Shown one piece after another: positions 50,890 to 55,825 of a stretch of 55,825 bases of DNA. Under the pieces are notes generated by a model. The model was not told the DNA's origin. It saw only the letters and a list, made by a program, of their open reading frames with translations, and did no database searches. Each line of letters starts with the position of its first letter. Position 1 is the stretch's first letter. The DNA comes from Candidatus Giovannonibacteria bacterium RIFOXYD1_FULL_48_21. GTDB taxonomy: Bacteria; Patescibacteriota; Minisyncoccia; JACPKW01; UBA11713. The position numbers and the translations under genes are program-made. Where the stretch lies: positions 1 to 55,825 of the forward strand of contig MFIU01000002.1 in the NCBI GenBank assembly GCA_001778985.1. Direction: 5' to 3'.

Positions 50890-52684
50890 GGAACTGGAGC
50901 CGGATGAGATTTTTCTCGATTCCAAAAATCTTCCCGGCTTTGAACAGGAACGCTTCGAGGGGCGGCTGGAGTTTCCAATTTCGGTTCGGACTTTCTGGTA
51001 TTTGGGACTGGTCCTGGCAATGGTTTTCGGTCTTTTTTTCTACCGCCTCTTTGATTTACAGGTCAGCCGCGCCCCTGTTCTTAAAGCCCGGGCAGAGGCC
51101 AATCATCTTAAGATTTTGCCGCTTTGGCCGAAGCGGGGCAGAATTTTGGACCGGAGAGGAGTAGTGCTGGCGGACAATGATTCGGCTTTTCGGCTGGTTA
51201 GAGATAACGGAGAGGTGTTGGAGGATTTTTCTGATTGGCAGACTCTGGAGGAGTCGCGTAAAAAATATCAGGAGCCCTTGTTGAGAGTCGAAGCCTATTC
51301 TTCCCGGCGCTATCCTGAAGGGGAAAGCTTTGCTCACGTCCTTGGCTATTTGGGCTACCTTTCTCCGGAAGAGGTCGGACAGGTGGCGAGTTTTGAGGTC
51401 AGTAAACTTGTCGGCCGCAGCGGCTTGGAGGAGGTCTATGAAAAATACCTGACCGGAAGGGTCGGTTCGAAGCTGACGGAAGTAAATTCCGAGGGCGAGA
51501 TTTTTTCTGAAGCGGTCGAGCGCCTGCCCGAAGCCGGGGATGACATCTATCTTTCGGTTGACGCCCGTCTGCAGAAAAGGGTTTTGGAAGAGGTGAAAGA
51601 TTTGGTCGAGAGCCGCGGTTTCAAGGGCGGGGCAGCGGTTTTGCTGGACGTGCAAACCGGCGAGATTTTAAGTTTGGTTAGTTATCCCAGCTTTAATCCG
51701 AATATCCTGACCCGAGGCGGCCCAGAAAAGGAAGTTGAAGAATTGCTAACTTCTCCCAAAAAGCCGCTTTTCAACCGCGCCGTCTCCGGTCTTTACTCTT
51801 CCGGTTCGGTCATTAAACCGCTCTTGGCGCTCGCGGCTTTGGAGGAAAGGGTGATAGTTCCGGAAAAGGAAATTTTATCTACCGGCAGTCTGACTCTTCC
51901 TAATCCCTTTCAACCCGACCAGCCGAGTGTCTTTTACGATTGGAAAGCGCACGGCTGGGTGGATATGAGGCATGCCATCGCTGTTTCCTCCAACGTTTAT
52001 TTTTTCACCATCGGCGGAGGCTTTGGCGATGTTTCCGGACTCGGCGTCAGAAAGATTCAAAACTGGCTTGAGAAATTCGGCTTCGGCCAGATAACCGGAA
52101 TCGATCTTGGCAGCGAGAAAGCGGGGTTTATTCCCTCGCCGGAATGGAAAGCCCAGACCCAAAAGGACGACCCTATCTGGCGGATTGGCGATACCTACAA
52201 CCTTTCCATCGGGCAAGGCAATTTTCAGGTAACGCCTCTGCAGATGGCGGTGTTTGTCGCGAGTTTGGCCAATGGCGGGAAAATTCTGGAACCACATGTC
52301 TTAAAACAGGTAAAATCAGAAGCAAGGTTGGTTGATGAGGTTAAACCAGTGATAAAAAAGACTCTCGAGTTTAAAGAGGAAAATCTCAAAGTGGTCCAAG
52401 AGGGGATGCGCCTCGCGGCCGAGGTAGGGACGGCCCAGGCTTTATCCGGTCTTAAGGTAAAAGTCGCGGCTAAAACCGGCACGGCGGAAATAGGCTCCGG
52501 AAAAAGCGTCAATTCCTGGTTCATCGGCTACTTTCCTTACGAAACCCCCAGGTTGTCGCTGGCGGTGGTGCTGGAGGGAGGTAACGCCTCCAACCTGGTG
52601 GGAGCCACCGCGGCCAGCCGCCAAATTATTGAGTGGATTTCGATTTATCGGCCGGAACTTTTAGAAACTTTGCAGAGTTATTAA
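50864..52684 (+). CDS. mrdA: penicillin-binding protein 2 (class B transpeptidase)
   Basis: It has an N-terminal TM segment, a dimerisation domain (R.Y.....A.H.LGY), SxxK (SGSVIKP), SxN (SSN) and KTG (KTGTAE). Confidence 0.88.
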   Translation: MARKFFQNKELEPDEIFLDSKNLPGFEQERFEGRLEFPISVRTFWYLGLVLAMVFGLFFYRLFDLQVSRAPVLKARAEANHLKILPLWPKRGRILDRRGVVLADNDSAFRLVRDNGEVLEDFSDWQTLEESRKKYQEPLLRVEAYSSRRYPEGESFAHVLGYLGYLSPEEVGQVASFEVSKLVGRSGLEEVYEKYLTGRVGSKLTEVNSEGEIFSEAVERLPEAGDDIYLSVDARLQKRVLEEVKDLVESRGFKGGAAVLLDVQTGEILSLVSYPSFNPNILTRGGPEKEVEELLTSPKKPLFNRAVSGLYSSGSVIKPLLALAALEERVIVPEKEILSTGSLTLPNPFQPDQPSVFYDWKAHGWVDMRHAIAVSSNVYFFTIGGGFGDVSGLGVRKIQNWLEKFGFGQITGIDLGSEKAGFIPSPEWKAQTQKDDPIWRIGDTYNLSIGQGNFQVTPLQMAVFVASLANGGKILEPHVLKQVKSEARLVDEVKPVIKKTLEFKEENLKVVQEGMRLAAEVGTAQALSGLKVKVAAKTGTAEIGSGKSVNSWFIGYFPYETPRLSLAVVLEGGNASNLVGATAASRQIIEWISIYRPELLETLQSY

Positions 52685-52706
52685 AATAGTTTATAGTTTA
52701 GCCCAT

Positions 52707-53186
52707 ATGGAAAATCGTCCCGAGAACGCGGAATATTTGAGCGAGGAGGGTTTTTCGCGTTTGAAAGAAGAATTGGCGCACCTGAAAGAAAAACGGCGCA
52801 AAGAAATAGCCGAACGGCTTGAATACGCAAAAAGCCTTGGCGACCTCAGCGAGAACGCCGAGTATCAGGAGGCCAAGGAAGAACAGCAGGTTCTGGAAGC
52901 TCGGATTGCCGACCTCGAAGACATTTTGGGGCGCGCGGTTTTAATTTCACATCAGACCCCGGCCTCCTTCGTCGACGTCGGCTCCGTCGTTATCGCCCAA
53001 AAAGAAGGCAATCTCAAAGAAGATTGTTATTTCATCGTGGGCCGGGAAGAGGCAGACCCTGACCAAAACCGGATTTCCAACGAATCTCCGCTTGGCCGGG
53101 CTCTTTTGGGAAAAAAGAAATGGGAGATAGCGGTAGTGCTTACTCCCAAAGGAGAGGTTCGTTATCAGATTTTAGAGATTAAATAG
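52707..53186 (+). CDS. greA: transcription elongation factor GreA
   Basis: LS.EG...L..EL..L....R.EI.....A...GDLSENAEY..AKE.Q; C-terminal SPLG.AL.GKK. Confidence 0.92.
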   Translation: MENRPENAEYLSEEGFSRLKEELAHLKEKRRKEIAERLEYAKSLGDLSENAEYQEAKEEQQVLEARIADLEDILGRAVLISHQTPASFVDVGSVVIAQKEGNLKEDCYFIVGREEADPDQNRISNESPLGRALLGKKKWEIAVVLTPKGEVRYQILEIK

Positions 53187-54656
53187 ATGGCTTTCGAGGA
53201 GCTTAGGAAAGTTAGACTGGAAAAGCTGGAACGCCTGAAGAAGGCCGGCTTGAATGTTTTTCCGGAGAAGGCCGCCTTCCCGCTGTCTGAAATCGCGGGG
53301 ATAAAAAAAGATTTTAGGCGCTATGCCCGAAGCAAGAAATCTCCGGGGGCGGGAGGCAGGATTTTGGCGAAGCGCGAACACGGCGGCTCGATTTTCGCCG
53401 ATTTATTCGATGGCTCTGGGAAAATCCAGATTTTTTTCGCCAAAGATAAAGTAGGCGGCGAGTCTTTCCAGCTGTTTTCCGAGAATATCGATATCGGAGA
53501 TTTTATTTCGGTTTCGGGCCGAGCTTTTTATACCAAGAAAAAAGAGCCGACGCTCGAAGTTTCCCGCTGGCAGATTTTGGCTAAGGCCCTCCGGCCGCTT
53601 CCGGAAAAATGGCACGGCCTCTCGGATGTGGAAGAGCGCTTCCGAAAACGCTATTTGGATTTGTTGATGAATGAGAAAGTGCGGGCTAAATTTGTCTTGC
53701 GCTCAAAAATCATTCAAGAGACGCGGATTATCTTGGATAAAGAGGGTTATATCGAGGTGGAGACTCCAATTCTCCAGCCGCTCTACGGCGGCGCCTTGGC
53801 CGAACCCTTTAAAACTCATCACCGCAGACTGGACAGCGATATGTATTTGCGTATTGCCCCAGAACTTTATCTAAAGCGCCTGCTCGTCGGCGGCTTCCCT
53901 AAGGTTTACGAATTGGGCAAGAGTTTTCGAAATGAAGGGATTGACCTGACCCATAATCCGGAATTTACAACAATTGAACTTTACGAAGCATATCGCGATG
54001 CGGAATATCTGAAGGATTTTATCGGCAGAGTGCTCTACGCATTGATTAAGAAAGTAATTAAAAAGGACTCATTTGAATTCAATGGTCATAAAATAAAGTT
54101 TCTAAAAAAAATCCCGAGCATAACATTCTGGCAGGTCTTAGAACGCCATGCCCTGATTACGCATCCTGAAAAATTATCACAGGATGATTTTCGCCTTCGG
54201 GCGAAACAGTTTGGACTTAATCCAGATTCCCAAGACAACAAAGCGAAAATCGCCAATGAGATTTTCAGTAAAATTTGCCGACCAAAACTGATTCAGCCTG
54301 TTTTCGTCGTGAATCATCCGATTGAGATTTCGCCTCTCGCCAAAAATCTTTCAGAGAATCAGAAATTGGTGGACCGCTTCCAGTTGATTATCGGCGGGAT
54401 AGAATTGGTGAATGGTTTCTCTGAATTAAATGACCCGCAGGAGCAACGCGTCCGCTTTGAGATGCAGGAAGATTTAAGAAAGAAAGAAGACAGAGAGGCC
54501 CATCCCATGGATGAAGAATTTATTGAAGCGCTTGAGTACGGCATGCCTCCGGCCGCAGGTCTTGCGGTTAGTATTGACCGTCTCTCCATGCTTTTGACTG
54601 ACACGTCCAATATCAAAGAAGTGATTCTGTTTCCGATTCTGAAGCCGAAAGAATAG
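53187..54656 (+). CDS. lysS: lysyl-tRNA synthetase, class II
   Basis: It has an OB anticodon-binding N-terminus, RYLDL, FRNEG.D..HNPEFT..E.Y.AY, and motif 3 (G.PP..G...SIDRL.MLL). Confidence 0.93.
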   Translation: MAFEELRKVRLEKLERLKKAGLNVFPEKAAFPLSEIAGIKKDFRRYARSKKSPGAGGRILAKREHGGSIFADLFDGSGKIQIFFAKDKVGGESFQLFSENIDIGDFISVSGRAFYTKKKEPTLEVSRWQILAKALRPLPEKWHGLSDVEERFRKRYLDLLMNEKVRAKFVLRSKIIQETRIILDKEGYIEVETPILQPLYGGALAEPFKTHHRRLDSDMYLRIAPELYLKRLLVGGFPKVYELGKSFRNEGIDLTHNPEFTTIELYEAYRDAEYLKDFIGRVLYALIKKVIKKDSFEFNGHKIKFLKKIPSITFWQVLERHALITHPEKLSQDDFRLRAKQFGLNPDSQDNKAKIANEIFSKICRPKLIQPVFVVNHPIEISPLAKNLSENQKLVDRFQLIIGGIELVNGFSELNDPQEQRVRFEMQEDLRKKEDREAHPMDEEFIEALEYGMPPAAGLAVSIDRLSMLLTDTSNIKEVILFPILKPKE

Positions 54657-54679
54657 GGCAAAAAACTGATTTATTTTTT

Positions 54680-54706
54680 CCGCAGTTGTCCACAACTGCG
54701 GTTTTT
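54680..54706 (+). terminator. rho-independent terminator downstream of lysS
   Basis: The perfect 10-bp stem CCGCAGTTGT-cc-ACAACTGCGG is followed by TTTTT and preceded by TTTTTT. Confidence 0.85.
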
Positions 54707-54720
54707 GCTAATGTTAATAA

Positions 54721-54777
54721 GTGGGCTATTATGTGAACAAAGTGGGGAATTGTGGATAATTCTGTGGATAGTGTGAA
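54721..54777 (+). promoter_or_regulatory. array of GTG(G/A)-type direct repeats upstream of mraZ (candidate MraZ operator)
   Basis: GTGGG occurs at 54721, GTGAA at 54733, GTGGG at 54742, GTGGA at 54752, GTGGA at 54764 and GTGAA at 54773. The spacings of 9-12 bp are about one helical turn. Confidence 0.55.
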
Positions 54778-54803
54778 TTACTCAATTTTCCTTGAAAAAT
54801 AAG

Positions 54804-55238
54804 ATGTTTATAGGTGAATATATCCATAATCTTGATCCGAAGCGGCGTTTATCCATACCGGCCAAGTTTCGAAAGGAATTAGGAAGGCGGGCAGTTGTAA
54901 CTCGAGGCCTTGATAACTGTCTCTTTCTTTATCCGATGGACGAGTGGAAAAAGTTTGCGGCTAAACTGGCCGAACTTCCTACCGGCCCAAAAGACACCAG
55001 AAGCCTTGTGAGACTTTTTTTGTCCGGCGCGGCCGAGGTGGAACTGGATAGTCTGGGGCGAATACTTCTTCCCGATTTCCTCGGGCACTACTCCGGAATA
55101 ATAGGGGAGGCGGCAATCATAGGAGTTTTCAAGCGGATTGAGATTTGGAACAAAGACCGCTGGGAGAGCTACAAGCGAGAGGCAGAACGTTCCACGGACC
55201 AAATCGCGGAAAAATTGGGAGAGATAGGAACGTATTAA
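54804..55238 (+). CDS. mraZ: transcriptional regulator MraZ
   Basis: It has MFIGEY...D.K.R...PAKFR and a second SpoVT/AbrB-like half (LD..GRI.LP..L). The start is taken at ATG 54804. Confidence 0.9.
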   Translation: MFIGEYIHNLDPKRRLSIPAKFRKELGRRAVVTRGLDNCLFLYPMDEWKKFAAKLAELPTGPKDTRSLVRLFLSGAAEVELDSLGRILLPDFLGHYSGIIGEAAIIGVFKRIEIWNKDRWESYKREAERSTDQIAEKLGEIGTY

Positions 55239-55242
55239 AGAG

Positions 55243-55825
55243 ATGGTGAATCACATCCCGGCGCTTTTAGGGGAAACACTTCGCGGCTTGAATTTTAAAA
55301 AAAATTCTCTGGTGATTGACGCCACGGCGGACGGCGGCGGACACGCCAGAGCGATTTTAGATAATCTCGGCCCAGCCGGAAGGCTGATAGGAACCGATTG
55401 GGATTTGGGAATGATAGAAAGGCTTCAAGAAGAGCTGAAAGGGGAGAAGCGCTTAAAACTTTTTCACTTGAACTTCTCTGAAATAGAGAAGGTTGCGGGA
55501 TCCCGGAGGCCGGATGCGATTTTATTTGACCTTGGGCTAAGTTCTTTACAACTTTCAGCATCCGGTCGGGGATTCTCGTTTAGAGCCTCGGAGCCGCTCG
55601 AGATGACTTTTAATGCCGAGACTCACCCCAACGTCCGGGAGCTCCTGCGGAAAATTTCCGAACGGGAACTCGAGGAGATTATCCGGACTTACGGCGAAGA
55701 GCCCTTTGCCAAAAGAATCAGCCGGGCGATTGTCGCGGCTCGAAGGCAAAAAGAGATTGGGACCGCGAAGGAATTGGCGGAAATTATTGCCAAAGTCAGG
55801 CCGCGGCTGGGCCGAATTCACCCGG
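55243..55825 (+). CDS. rsmH: 16S rRNA (cytosine1402-N4)-methyltransferase RsmH, 3'-truncated by the window edge
   Basis: Hand translation gives MVNHIPALLGETL..L......VIDAT.DGGGHA..IL, FDLG.SS.QL....RGFSF and YGEE.FAKRI. The frame is open to the window end. It is not in the ORF track because it has no stop. Confidence 0.88.
   Translation, partial: MVNHIPALLGETLRGLNFKKNSLVIDATADGGGHARAILDNLGPAGRLIGTDWDLGMIERLQEELKGEKRLKLFHLNFSEIEKVAGSRRPDAILFDLGLSSLQLSASGRGFSFRASEPLEMTFNAETHPNVRELLRKISERELEEIIRTYGEEPFAKRISRAIVAARRQKEIGTAKELAEIIAKVRPRLGRIHP

Noticed and set aside
1-55825. Alternative genetic code (for example UGA = Gly, as in some candidate phyla).
   Set aside because: TGA terminates conserved genes at the expected positions (infA, rpmJ, rplQ, rplM, rseP). 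No conserved protein shows in-frame TGA.

Overview
The window reads as one contiguous chromosomal segment from a small-genome, uncultivated bacterium. The CPR/Patescibacteria assignment is inferred from gene content and trimmed-down housekeeping proteins. The genetic code is standard: TGA, TAA and TAG all end conserved genes.

Most of the window is densely packed, mostly co-directional housekeeping:
- the distal ribosomal cluster (infA-rpmJ-rpsM-rpsK-rpsD-rpoA-rplQ-rplM-rpsI);
- a CIRCE-controlled hrcA-grpE-[protease]-dnaK-dnaJ operon, followed by tRNA-Lys;
- scpAB;
- a fragmented cell-wall/division set (mraY, murD, ftsW, murG, murC, murA, two mreB, mreCD, PBP2, mraZ-rsmH);
- five aminoacyl-tRNA synthetases (aspS, gltX, proS, lysS and others shortened relative to textbook forms);
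- def-fmt-priA, frr and greA.

Three stretches look accessory:
1. An AT-rich trypsin-like protease gene sits inside the heat-shock operon (5.5-6.4 kb).
2. At 9.4-14 kb there is a TraT-like lipoprotein, PlsC, a small Zn-ribbon ORF, an acyl-ACP-reductase-like gene and an orphan multi-TM histidine kinase.
3. At 26.1-35.8 kb there is a 1,741-aa ORF that fuses a MerR-type HTH and a TM helix to a tail-fibre-like ectodomain. It is followed by a translationally coupled small membrane protein, an Avd-like four-helix-bundle gene flanked by inverted AT-rich repeats, a three-module LamG protein with a strict 699-bp period and a disrupted 3' relic, and an AbiEii-type toxin pair.

Superimposed on this are several families of short palindromic or interspersed elements that sit in-frame inside coding sequences, including ribosomal protein S9. 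This is reminiscent of Rickettsia palindromic elements.

No CRISPR array, rRNA, transposase, integrase or reverse transcriptase was found. All homology calls rest on motif recognition by eye, not on database searches.
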